Source: a virus | Taxonomy: Duplodnaviria; Heunggongvirae; Uroviricota; Caudoviricetes | DNA: 39,060 nucleotides | Direction: 5' to 3' (one strand) | Virus record (IMG/VR): IMGVR_UViG_3300032007_000006 | Span: 313,360 to 352,419 of that record | Shown here: positions 24,824 to 33,436 of the stretch, piece after piece | Layout of the letters: every line of letters starts with the position of its first letter | Position numbering within the stretch: the stretch's first letter is position 1 | Notes under the pieces: model-generated | The model's database searches: none | Told to the model about the DNA's origin: nothing | The model's input: the letters and a program-made list of their open reading frames with translations, nothing else | Program-made: the position numbers and the translations under genes

Positions 24824-24900
24824 CTATTCGCTTTTGAAAGAGCCAGAGAGCCTTTCGCTCTCTGCAGGAAGAGCCTATCAAAGGGCGGCTTCCCTGTCAA
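24824..24900 (-). promoter_or_regulatory. sigma70 promoter, GAAA hairpin (boxB-like) and boxA-like leader
   Basis: CAGAGAGC-GAAAG-GCTCTCTG followed by GCTCTTTCAAAAGCGAATAG; TATAAATA also at 24932-24939. Confidence 0.7.
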
Positions 24901-24971
24901 GCGGTTTCTGCAAGATTTTTTGCAGACTGCTTATTTATAAAGCAGAAATATGTCCAGTCTGTTCCATCCCT

Positions 24972-25304
24972 CTACGCCACCAGTTCACCAGCGACATAGG
25001 GGAAGTAGGAGGCCTGCTCTTCTTCAGAGAGGGCAGTGAACTTGTCCACCTCTTCCTGAGTGAAGAAGATGCAGATGGGAGACTTGTACTGAAGCTCTTC
25101 ACAGGCATGATATGCGAACATGCCTTCATTGGTGAGGCCAATCTCGTCATCATCAATGTAGACAAGACCAGCCTTCTCCAAGGCCTTGTAGTCAGGCATC
25201 ACCCAGTCCCAGTCCTCCTCGGTGGATGGCCAGTTGTCAAGACCAAGATCAATCAGGGCCTCGGCCTCATGGACGTCCAGTTCGATGCGGTAGACCTTGT
25301 TCAT
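24972..25304 (-). CDS. acidic hypothetical protein, winged-helix-like
   Basis: Start MNKVY after AAGGAGG; ALEKAGLV...IGLTNEG. Confidence 0.75.
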   Translation of the reverse strand: MNKVYRIELDVHEAEALIDLGLDNWPSTEEDWDWVMPDYKALEKAGLVYIDDDEIGLTNEGMFAYHACEELQYKSPICIFFTQEEVDKFTALSEEEQASYFPYVAGELVA

Positions 25305-25491
25305 GTCCTTCCTCCTTGGATGCAGGGTTCTGGGAGGCCTCATGGCCCTCTTCCCTCTTGACAAGGACAGCCTAGCAGGAAGCGGACCGTCTGTCAAGCG
25401 AAAATTTGAAATTTTTTCAGCGTCTGGGGAGCAGAAGCTTCCCTCACATGAGGCACTCTAGCAGGAAGCGGACCGTCTGTCAAGCGGTTTC

Positions 25492-25770
25492 TCAAAAAAA
25501 GTTTTCGATTGAGGGGAGAGCAGGCTCCGGCTGGCTCCACGGCTCCTCGTCCAGCGTCACGATGGTCGTGCGATTTGGCTCCAGAACAGTCTTCCCAATG
25601 GCTTCAAGCACAACCTCTCCAGCGACTGAGGAGCGCACGAGGCCAGCGTCTGGAGCGGCCAGTCCCTTCTCTATGAGTCTCTCCCATATGGGAGCATTCG
25701 GCTCAACGCAGACGCCTCCTTGAAGCTCCTGAAGCGCCTCCAGCTCATTCCATGACAGCGTCCACCGCAT
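25492..25770 (-). CDS. hypothetical protein, winged-helix-like
   Basis: GGAGG SD; RLIEKGLA motif. Confidence 0.65.
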   Translation of the reverse strand: MRWTLSWNELEALQELQGGVCVEPNAPIWERLIEKGLAAPDAGLVRSSVAGEVVLEAIGKTVLEPNRTTIVTLDEEPWSQPEPALPSIENFF

Positions 25771-25780
25771 GGTGCCCTCC

Positions 25781-27556
25781 CTAGACGACTTCTGACATCA
25801 TATGCCACAGCCGGACAATGTTGTTGAATTCCTCTATTCCTCTCACGTTCAACGTCCGCACTCCAAGACGATTTATGCAGTAGTCATTGCCATCTTCATC
25901 TTCAAGTTCGTTGCCAATGTAGAGAATGTCCGAGCATTGCAGATGGTGAATGTCCAGAATGCGAAGCAGCATGGACATCTTGCTGCAGTCAGAACTTAGC
26001 ACGTCAATGGACGTCTTTCCAGCGATCAAAGCCTTGTAGCGCCCATTCCATTCTTGAAGAATGGAATTTATCTTCTCCAGACAGGCACTGCGGCTGGCAA
26101 GCGGCTTGACTGTCAAGGCATATCCATTGCGGCTGTGGACTTTGCCTTTAAATTCCGAAAGGCTCTCCAGCCTGCGAATGACATTCTCATCCATTCTAAA
26201 GGAGTCTGGAACAATGGCCTCCGAGTCATGCTCATTGATGCGCCTCATTCCATAGTCGCAGTAGACTTCAATTCCATCATGGAACTTGACATGCTTCCGA
26301 ACGTGGCTCTTCGTATTGCCAGTCAATATGATTCCATTGAAGAGCGACATGTTCTCCTCTCCAAGCATTTTGGCTTCAGCATCGCCTCTTGCCTCAATGA
26401 TTGTTCCATCCAGATCGGAGACAAGAGTCATTCCCTTCTTCAGTCCAAAGAAGTCGCTGAATATGCATTCAATCAACTGGACTGGATCATGCGTTCTGGA
26501 GCCTTCATCGCTCAATGTGCCGGAAATGTGCCTCTTTGCTGAACACATGGAATTCCACTGCATGGAATAGCTGGCATTTTTGTTGAACACGACTGTCGCG
26601 TCATCCAAGGGAATCCATTTCTTCAAAATCCACAGAACATCTGCCGCATTGAGGCCAGCCATGTCCTTGTCTGGAACATTGTTCATCACCAGATACTTTC
26701 TGGCCTTGGACTTGTGAATCATTTCAGTGAATCCAGAATGGACGTATGTGGGAATGAGTGAACTCCACTGCGTTCCAGAGCTGAATATGACAATATCGGC
26801 GCTGGATATTACGTTCTGTACACGATTTACTGCATTTCCCTCATCAACTATGGGAATCCTCTCCTTTCCGGTGGCAGGATCAACAAGAAATATGTCAGCA
26901 ATGCGGTCTCTGGAATTGCTCCAGTCCACTATCTTCCCTTCATCTTCAATGACTGTTCCGCTTCTGGTTCTAGCCTTGAGCAGGAGAGAAACGTCTGAAA
27001 TCAAATGAACGCGGTCTTCTATGTCCAGCAGTCTGGCCATGAATGAACCAGCCTTTGAAAGCGAATCTCCATTGTCATGCGCCACCTGAGCATAGAATAT
27101 GTTGGAAAGAGCCACGTCCTTGAAGGACTCATCTGCAAGTCGTTCCTGATTTTCAAAGATGAACTTCCTTAGAAGCTCCTTGAGCACAATCTGCACCGGA
27201 GGATGAAGAAACGCAGATTCATCAATAATGCTGGAGGCCTTCTGCCAGTAGTCTTCATAGTCCTCGGCATCTATTCTCATGTTGAAGAGGGAATAGAGCC
27301 GGCTGTGATAGGAATCCCTGTCTGCAATTTCCTTCTTCCATTTCAGAGAGAACTCCGTCAACTGGTTCTTTCGGAGATCGGATGGACCAAGTATTGCATT
27401 CTTAAAGGCCCTGCGGCACATTCCAGTGCTTTTTCCATTGTCATAGGCGTTGATTATGACGTCCAGATGGTACATGCCATGTCCAAAGACCTGATCAAGT
27501 CCCTTCTGAAGAGCAATTGAGCCAGTTCCTCCGCTGAAGACAACTATCCTAAGCAT
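25781..27556 (-). CDS. CofD/YvcK-like transferase fused to a C-terminal HAD-family domain
   Basis: VVFSGGTG, INAYDNGKSTG, GPSDLR, ADIVIFSSGTQWSSLIP; then VSDLDGT, TG, SIDV...K, YIGNEL...GND. Confidence 0.8.
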   Translation of the reverse strand: MLRIVVFSGGTGSIALQKGLDQVFGHGMYHLDVIINAYDNGKSTGMCRRAFKNAILGPSDLRKNQLTEFSLKWKKEIADRDSYHSRLYSLFNMRIDAEDYEDYWQKASSIIDESAFLHPPVQIVLKELLRKFIFENQERLADESFKDVALSNIFYAQVAHDNGDSLSKAGSFMARLLDIEDRVHLISDVSLLLKARTRSGTVIEDEGKIVDWSNSRDRIADIFLVDPATGKERIPIVDEGNAVNRVQNVISSADIVIFSSGTQWSSLIPTYVHSGFTEMIHKSKARKYLVMNNVPDKDMAGLNAADVLWILKKWIPLDDATVVFNKNASYSMQWNSMCSAKRHISGTLSDEGSRTHDPVQLIECIFSDFFGLKKGMTLVSDLDGTIIEARGDAEAKMLGEENMSLFNGIILTGNTKSHVRKHVKFHDGIEVYCDYGMRRINEHDSEAIVPDSFRMDENVIRRLESLSEFKGKVHSRNGYALTVKPLASRSACLEKINSILQEWNGRYKALIAGKTSIDVLSSDCSKMSMLLRILDIHHLQCSDILYIGNELEDEDGNDYCINRLGVRTLNVRGIEEFNNIVRLWHMMSEVV

Positions 27557-28248
27557 TCTCTTATCCTCTTCAATTCATCCTTCGTGTTGAAGGACTTCAC
27601 GTTTCCTCTTGATATGAACCGGCATCTTGCTGAATTCCATCTTGAAGAATAGAGCCATTCAAGATAGTTCAGCGTCTTCCATTCTCCAGTGGATGGAACA
27701 GAAAGATACTCTTCAATGGAGTCCATTGCCTTCATTCTGAAGGCAAACAGCGACTGATCATGTATTCCAGCAGGAATGTCTCCATAGTCCTTTCTGAAAT
27801 AGGCCTTCTTTACGACATCATTGTCAACGTCAAACCACGCATAGGGATATCTGTCTTTTGAAACGGCCACGAATGCATTGCACTCTGGACTTGAATTGCA
27901 CAGCCTCTTGAACTCCAGAAATGGAGCATCGGAAAGAAAGACGGCATCGCCCCAGCAAATTCCAGCAAGATCATCAGACTTCATTCCTGGAAGCTTCTTC
28001 ATTGCATGATAGATGGAATGAATGTCTCCCTTTCCACCAACGGTTTCAATTATCTCGACTCCATCTGGAATGCCGCTGTAACGCTTGAACCATCTTGGAT
28101 CAATGGCCAGCCATATGCTTGAAAAGTGGCTTTTCGCCTTGTCGTATGTATTCTGTATGTTGGAGAGGCCATTGATGCTGGCCAGTATCTTTTCTTCCGA
28201 ATTGAATCTGCTGTTCTTTCCAGCGGACATAATAATGAGATGATGCAT
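27544..28248 (-). CDS. NTP transferase (MobA/GlmU/IspD-like)
   Basis: IIMSAGKNSRF...K, ICWGD, KSFNTKDEL. Confidence 0.8.
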   Translation of the reverse strand: MHHLIIMSAGKNSRFNSEEKILASINGLSNIQNTYDKAKSHFSSIWLAIDPRWFKRYSGIPDGVEIIETVGGKGDIHSIYHAMKKLPGMKSDDLAGICWGDAVFLSDAPFLEFKRLCNSSPECNAFVAVSKDRYPYAWFDVDNDVVKKAYFRKDYGDIPAGIHDQSLFAFRMKAMDSIEEYLSVPSTGEWKTLNYLEWLYSSRWNSARCRFISRGNVKSFNTKDELKRIRECLG

Positions 28249-28323
28249 TTCGTGACGCCTTCCATATTGATTTCTGCCTATATTTGGCAGAACAAGAACC
28301 AGACATAGGCAGAAATCAGCATT

Positions 28324-28575
28324 CTAAACGTAGTCCCAAGGGGAAGGCTCATCAGCCTTGCAATAGGGCTCTGGCTTTCCGCCGTAGAGATTGATGACGA
28401 CGCCATCCTTGGTGACATAGCCAGAGGGAATGCAGTCGTTCATCCAAATGACATAGACGCTGCCATTCTGGCTTGGAATGTGATCTGCGGCGAAAACGGC
28501 GTCTTCAAGATTCGTGCCATGAAACGCCAGCTTCTTCCAGTCGCCATTCTCAACAATCACGTCATACCAGCCCAT
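28324..28575 (-). CDS. hypothetical protein (paralog of 9054-9275)
   Basis: Start MGWY after AGGAGG. Confidence 0.7.
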   Translation of the reverse strand: MGWYDVIVENGDWKKLAFHGTNLEDAVFAADHIPSQNGSVYVIWMNDCIPSGYVTKDGVVINLYGGKPEPYCKADEPSPWDYV

Positions 28576-28652
28576 TGCTTCCTCCTGTCTGTCTAGCCTT
28601 GGGAGCCATTTCCCTCGGCACAGTCTCCTTATGCCATAAGGCGTCCAGAATG

Positions 28653-29003
28653 TCAAGCAGAATCTTCGGCCAGCAAGCGCTCAATCTCCTTCAACTCCCC
28701 CTCCAGAGACATGCGGTTGATCATGTCTTCTGGCTTGACTCTTTTCAGCAGGTCTTCAACGTAGGCCTTTCTGGAGAGATTGTATTCCCTGTCCCGCTTT
28801 CTCTGCTCTTCTGCGGAAAGAATTTCCCGCACAGATAGATCATTCCACATTTCGGCAGACACCTTGCCGCATTTCGATGCAGTTTCTGGCCAGCTGCATG
28901 AAAATGGACAAACAAAGACGCTGTTCTTCACTGGACAGCAGCCTTCATTACACATGCGCGCCATGGATTCTGAACTTTTCTTTGAAATCATTGCATAGGC
29001 CAT
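28653..29003 (-). CDS. hypothetical Cys-rich protein
   Basis: Start MAYAM after AAAGGAG. Confidence 0.7.
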   Translation of the reverse strand: MAYAMISKKSSESMARMCNEGCCPVKNSVFVCPFSCSWPETASKCGKVSAEMWNDLSVREILSAEEQRKRDREYNLSRKAYVEDLLKRVKPEDMINRMSLEGELKEIERLLAEDSA

Positions 29004-29016
29004 TCGACTGTCTCCT

Positions 29017-29301
29017 TTACTGCACTGGAAGACTGGAATCAAGATCTTCAGTCCATGAAGGCTCTGCATTCCTGGAACGCTTCAGAACCTTCTGCATCAT
29101 CTTTCTTCCATTGGCATAGACGCACTGAGTGTCTACAAGTCCAAAGGCCTCCAGTTCAATGAGGCCAGACTTCAGCTTGTCAATCTCTCCAGGATCCATT
29201 GAAGAATATGGCCAGGCCTTCAGAATGAAGGCCTCATCCATTTTTCCTTCATCATCAAAAAGCATCTGCATTGCAAATTCTGCGTTGTCTGTCAGCTTCA
29301 T
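29017..29301 (-). CDS. hypothetical protein
   Basis: Operon packing; ELEAFGLV motif. Confidence 0.65.
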   Translation of the reverse strand: MKLTDNAEFAMQMLFDDEGKMDEAFILKAWPYSSMDPGEIDKLKSGLIELEAFGLVDTQCVYANGRKMMQKVLKRSRNAEPSWTEDLDSSLPVQ

Positions 29302-29306
29302 CTTCT

Positions 29307-29540
29307 CTATTCCTTCAGCATCTTTGACGCGGCGGCAGTCCTGCCGCCGTTTTTCTTCTTTTTGACGGGATGAATTTCATCCCTCTCAAGAACAGCCATC
29401 CTGTCGCCAGCTTCATTTCTAATGACAATGCTTCCATCTGGCAGACAGTCTAATGCATACTGCCGTTGACCATCATTCCATTTGACTAGAATGGCCGTTC
29501 CCCCATTAGACATTGGAATGCAATTGACGTTCCAGAACAT
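29307..29540 (-). CDS. hypothetical protein
   Basis: Operon packing. Confidence 0.65.
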   Translation of the reverse strand: MFWNVNCIPMSNGGTAILVKWNDGQRQYALDCLPDGSIVIRNEAGDRMAVLERDEIHPVKKKKNGGRTAAASKMLKE

Positions 29541-29543
29541 GCG

Positions 29544-30518
29544 CTATCCTTCCTTCAGCATCTGGCTGGCAGCAATGTTGAAAAGCTTGAATCCAAGCCC
29601 TCCGATGGACTGAATGGCCTTTCTGTCCTTATTGGAAAACTCTTCATTGGGATGCAGCTTCAGAAAGTCTTCCCAGGCATCATTGAGAAATGGACCTACA
29701 TATGGTCCAAAGTCCTTTGGAGATTCTGGACGTCCTATCTTGGACAGAACGGACCACATCCGCGATTCAGTGCAAAGGCTCTGAAATTCCTTTCTGAACG
29801 CTCTCAAAGCATTGTCCTCCTTGTCGGATGGCTTCAAGGCTATCTTGTCTGCGGCCCTTTCCCTAAACTTCTCATTCTTGGACTTGAAGATGAACTGGAG
29901 ATTCATGTCATGGAGACGCATCTTCCAGGGAAGCTCAAACGGCTCAATGACAATTCCTTCAGCAGTCTCCTTTGGATTCAGCTGCGAAGGCACATTGTTC
30001 GACACCTTGCAGGCTTCCTCAAAGGAATTGTATATGCCAATCATTGGAACAAGCAGATAGCCAAGTCCCCATCCCTTCAGCATTGCGTCCAGTTCAGAGT
30101 AGGACCACAGATGGTATTCGCCTTCATTTATGCTGTATGCTCCGAAGAATGCAAAGGCATATTCAGGACCATACTTGATTCTGTTCATCACCTTGGAGCC
30201 ATAGTATTCGCCATTCAAGGTGATCTGATCACACTTAGGCGTTGCGGAGAGAAAGGCCTTCAGCTTCAGAAGCAATTCAACTATGCGATTCAAATGCTCC
30301 CCAACATTGAAGAAGTTGGTGTCGGGAGTCAGCATACTGTTGCGAGAAGAGACGCGAACGCCCTCACGAGAAACGTTGATTCCAATGTTGGTGCCGTCAA
30401 TCTTCTCGGTGACGACCCAATGGCAGTCAAGCGTCCTTGCGGACTTGACGTCCTCAGTCTTCTTTTCCAGTTCAAGATCAAGATTCTCTATAGAGGCCCA
30501 GCGATGAAACTCCATCAT
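29544..30518 (-). CDS. Rnl2-family ATP-dependent RNA ligase
   Basis: FHRWASIEN, motif I TEKIDGTN, SSR, GEYYG, EGIVI, KSKNEKFRE, SVLSKIG. Confidence 0.88.
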   Translation of the reverse strand: MMEFHRWASIENLDLELEKKTEDVKSARTLDCHWVVTEKIDGTNIGINVSREGVRVSSRNSMLTPDTNFFNVGEHLNRIVELLLKLKAFLSATPKCDQITLNGEYYGSKVMNRIKYGPEYAFAFFGAYSINEGEYHLWSYSELDAMLKGWGLGYLLVPMIGIYNSFEEACKVSNNVPSQLNPKETAEGIVIEPFELPWKMRLHDMNLQFIFKSKNEKFRERAADKIALKPSDKEDNALRAFRKEFQSLCTESRMWSVLSKIGRPESPKDFGPYVGPFLNDAWEDFLKLHPNEEFSNKDRKAIQSIGGLGFKLFNIAASQMLKEG

Positions 30519-30574
30519 GCCCTCCTTGACGGTTTGACAGATGCAGTCTACGCCAGAACGGAAGAAATGTCAAG

Positions 30575-31786
30575 TCAGCAGAAGGCAAAAACGCCGCTTT
30601 TTTGTTTCGGCTGTTCTGAACTGCACTCAAAAAGGCGTTTGGCAACCTGTCTAATGACTTCCACGTTGACTGCGTTGCCGAATTGACGATAGGCCCTCTG
30701 AGGATTTGCATCTGGAACAAATGGAGAACTGGAATCGACAGGAAAGCATTGAAGCCTGGCCGCTTCCCTCACTGTAAGACGCCTTCTATATCTTCCTATG
30801 ATAGGAACTTGAACCATTGCAACAAGAGTTTGAAAGCAGTCTGGAGACTTTACTCTGACTCCAGATGGACGCATCTGAATAACGCCTTCCCATATGGTTG
30901 ATATTTTCGTCCCACACTGCCACTCAAACTTCCTATGCGTCGGACGATATTTCTTCAATCTATCATGCTTTTTCAGCCATGAATCAATGAAAGGCTTATT
31001 GGTCCTATACAACACTGAATTTCGCGAAACTACAGAGGCCTTCCATTCAGGAAGACCATCCAGAACAGGACTTGCAGTCAATGAATCAGTCCATACAGGA
31101 AATCCAATGGTTTTCAAATTAATTCCCTGATAGAATTCTTCCCAGACTGAAAGAAGTCCTTCTTCATACTCGGATATTCCGCATTCAGTTTCATTCTCAT
31201 CCAGAATGGAGTAGATTGAATTGTCTTCCTTCTTCAGAAGGCTGCTGAATGAAATGTCAATGGGAAAAATGACGTTTTCTGGATCAAGCATCCCAGGAAT
31301 GATTACTCTTTCCCTGATTTGAGGAATGCCGAATTGATGTGGACTAAGAATGAGTGGAGAAGACGTGGTTCTGTATCCAAGTTCCCTTATACTTTCCTGT
31401 ATGATTCTCCAGGTGTTTCCGTTGTCATGCGTCACAATGTTCTTCACGTTTTCTAGAATGAACCATTTTGGCTTCTTGGCCTTCAGAATGCGGACGATGT
31501 CAAAGAACAGCGTTCCTCTTGTTCTGTCCTGCAGTCCAAGCCTTGCTCCAGCCTTGCTGAAGGCCTGGCAGGGAAAGCCTCCACAGAGAACGTCAAAGTC
31601 TGGAATTGAATTTTCGTTAATGCTTCTTACGTTGATGCTGGAATCAACGCCATAGTTGGCCTTGTAGACTGCAACTGCCGCCTTGTCTATCTCCGAAGCC
31701 AAAATGCACTGTCCACCTAGAGACGCCATGGCCTGATGAAATCCACCAATGCCTGCAAAAAGGTCTATAAACTTGAATTCTTTCAA
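30575..31786 (-). CDS. DNA (cytosine-5)-methyltransferase
   Basis: DLFAGIGG, GGFPCQAFS, ENV, PQIRER, RLTVREAARLQ, QFGNAV. Confidence 0.95.
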   Translation of the reverse strand: MKEFKFIDLFAGIGGFHQAMASLGGQCILASEIDKAAVAVYKANYGVDSSINVRSINENSIPDFDVLCGGFPCQAFSKAGARLGLQDRTRGTLFFDIVRILKAKKPKWFILENVKNIVTHDNGNTWRIIQESIRELGYRTTSSPLILSPHQFGIPQIRERVIIPGMLDPENVIFPIDISFSSLLKKEDNSIYSILDENETECGISEYEEGLLSVWEEFYQGINLKTIGFPVWTDSLTASPVLDGLPEWKASVVSRNSVLYRTNKPFIDSWLKKHDRLKKYRPTHRKFEWQCGTKISTIWEGVIQMRPSGVRVKSPDCFQTLVAMVQVPIIGRYRRRLTVREAARLQCFPVDSSSPFVPDANPQRAYRQFGNAVNVEVIRQVAKRLFECSSEQPKQKSGVFAFC

Positions 31787-31789
31787 AAT

Positions 31790-32512
31790 CTATTCCTCAT
31801 CACATGACGGAAAATTCCATTTCTTTATGCAAAAGGAATCTATATTCCTGGACTTGATCATCACCTTTCTCTTTCTAGGCCTTCCATTGCTGTTTCGTCC
31901 CTGCTTGAACGTATCTAAATTTTTGCACGTTTCTGCGTTAATGTCAAGCAGTTCTGCTCCAGTCAGCGTTCCGTCATGCTTCATTCTACGGCCGTAGCTG
32001 TTTCTGTTGCTTTTTCCAAGCATGTCATTCCAGAAATGCGTAACCTCATAGTTGTGTTCCGAGTCTTTTGAAAATTTGAAATTGAATACCAGATAGTAGA
32101 TATGGCCTTCTGGATTTTCCTGGAAATACTTTTCTATAGTGTCCATGTCATTTCCAAGAATGGCCGAAGATGTCGTGCTGTGAGTCTTTATGTCCCCAAA
32201 GAAATTCAGTTTCGGAAACTTCAAGTCCAGATCCATTCCATTCTTTGTTCTGTCCTGATAGAAGGCAACGTCTTCCGAAAGATTATGTCTTTGAATGGCC
32301 CTTTCAATGGACAGCTCTGCATATGCACCAGCCCATTCACCCCATCCACTTTTGCTGTAGCCAGCATTTTTCATGTCTGTATAGCATTCAATTCCATTTA
32401 AATGCTTTGACATTGATGAAACAAGAAGGTCGCATATTTCAACTACGCTTTTAGTTTCTCCAGAATTCACATTCTTCTCCATGATTTTCTGCCATATTGG
32501 CCTTGTCTTCAA
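31790..32512 (-). CDS. putative type II restriction endonuclease (PD-(D/E)XK-like)
   Basis: E...DLD...GDIK motif; 3 nt upstream of the MTase; true start may be MEKN. Confidence 0.55.
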   Translation of the reverse strand: MKTRPIWQKIMEKNVNSGETKSVVEICDLLVSSMSKHLNGIECYTDMKNAGYSKSGWGEWAGAYAELSIERAIQRHNLSEDVAFYQDRTKNGMDLDLKFPKLNFFGDIKTHSTTSSAILGNDMDTIEKYFQENPEGHIYYLVFNFKFSKDSEHNYEVTHFWNDMLGKSNRNSYGRRMKHDGTLTGAELLDINAETCKNLDTFKQGRNSNGRPRKRKVMIKSRNIDSFCIKKWNFPSCDEE

Positions 32513-32575
32513 GATTCATCAATTTTGCCCATTTAAAAAAGGAACAACGCAATGCTGTTCCTTTGAATATTCATC

Positions 32576-32968
32576 TGGTGGAGACGGCGGGAGTTGAACC
32601 CGCGTCCGCGAAGCATATTCCGCTTCGTCTACAGGCTTAGTGCAGATACTCATTTTGTCTCCACATTCAGGGCCATCCCTCTGCACAGGTCTCCCAGAAT
32701 GCTGACGTTCAGTCTTTATAAGCTTCGGACTGCCATTGGCTCTGAAGTTCCGCAGAGTCCTATCCCTCTATGTGAAGCCTTGTCCATCCCAAGGGAGAGA
32801 ATGAAAAGACCTGCCTTCTTCCTAGGGAAGGCGCCTGGCGCCACTATGCAGCGCAGGCATATGCGTAGTCGTTGCCGATTACTATTTCTGCCGCTTGATA
32901 AGGGAGCCAGCGGCGCTCCCGCCTGCAAAAGCCGAAACCACTCTCCACGTCGAAACCATTTCGTCCCC
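32576..32968 (-). ncRNA. ssrA: tmRNA
   Basis: 5' GGGGACGAAATGGTTTCGAC, 3' GGTTCAACTCCCGCCGTCTCCACCA with G3:U70; tag frame GNDYAYACAA-stop at 32844-32876. Confidence 0.95.
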
Positions 32969-32976
32969 GTTGATTT

Positions 32977-33408
32977 CTAGCCGAAAATCTTTTTAAATGC
33001 ATTCATTCTGGCCTGCATGAATTTCCGATCAAGTTCATCAACTGAAGACTTGTCCACTCTGAAACTCTTGCACAGATCAACAAATACAGTGTCATTTGAA
33101 CTTAGTCCCCAGCATTCAAGTATAACAAAATCAACAAGTTTATTATACTCTCTGAAGCTTAATTCACTGTCCCAATCTTTGCCATGCTTTTTCATCCATT
33201 TCTGAATCTGAGCATTAACATTCCTGGAACTGCCTTTTTTAATGTGATTCTGTACAGCTTCAACATACGACTTCATGATATTTTCATTGATGGAATTGTA
33301 TTCTTCCATCAAATTCATGATGTTCTTTGAAGCCTTGGACATGTCGACCGAGTCGGATGCCTCAGAAATAGACCCTTTAGCATTCATGTATTGAGTTAAT
33401 GTTTTCAT
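32977..33408 (-). CDS. putative virion internal protein (CTS-like)
   Basis: MKTLTQYMN...ISE-A; GTAAATA at 33434-33440; KWMKKxG shared with 35503-35928. Confidence 0.7.
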   Translation of the reverse strand: MKTLTQYMNAKGSISEASDSVDMSKASKNIMNLMEEYNSINENIMKSYVEAVQNHIKKGSSRNVNAQIQKWMKKHGKDWDSELSFREYNKLVDFVILECWGLSSNDTVFVDLCKSFRVDKSSVDELDRKFMQARMNAFKKIFG

Positions 33409-33436
33409 TTTTTAGACAATATACAGTAAAAAATAT

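Noticed and set aside
29652-30686. 344-aa plus-strand ORF and similar plus-strand ORFs (3129-3881, 4627-5184, 10438-11037, 26054-26542)
   Set aside because: Antisense shadows of well-supported minus-strand genes.
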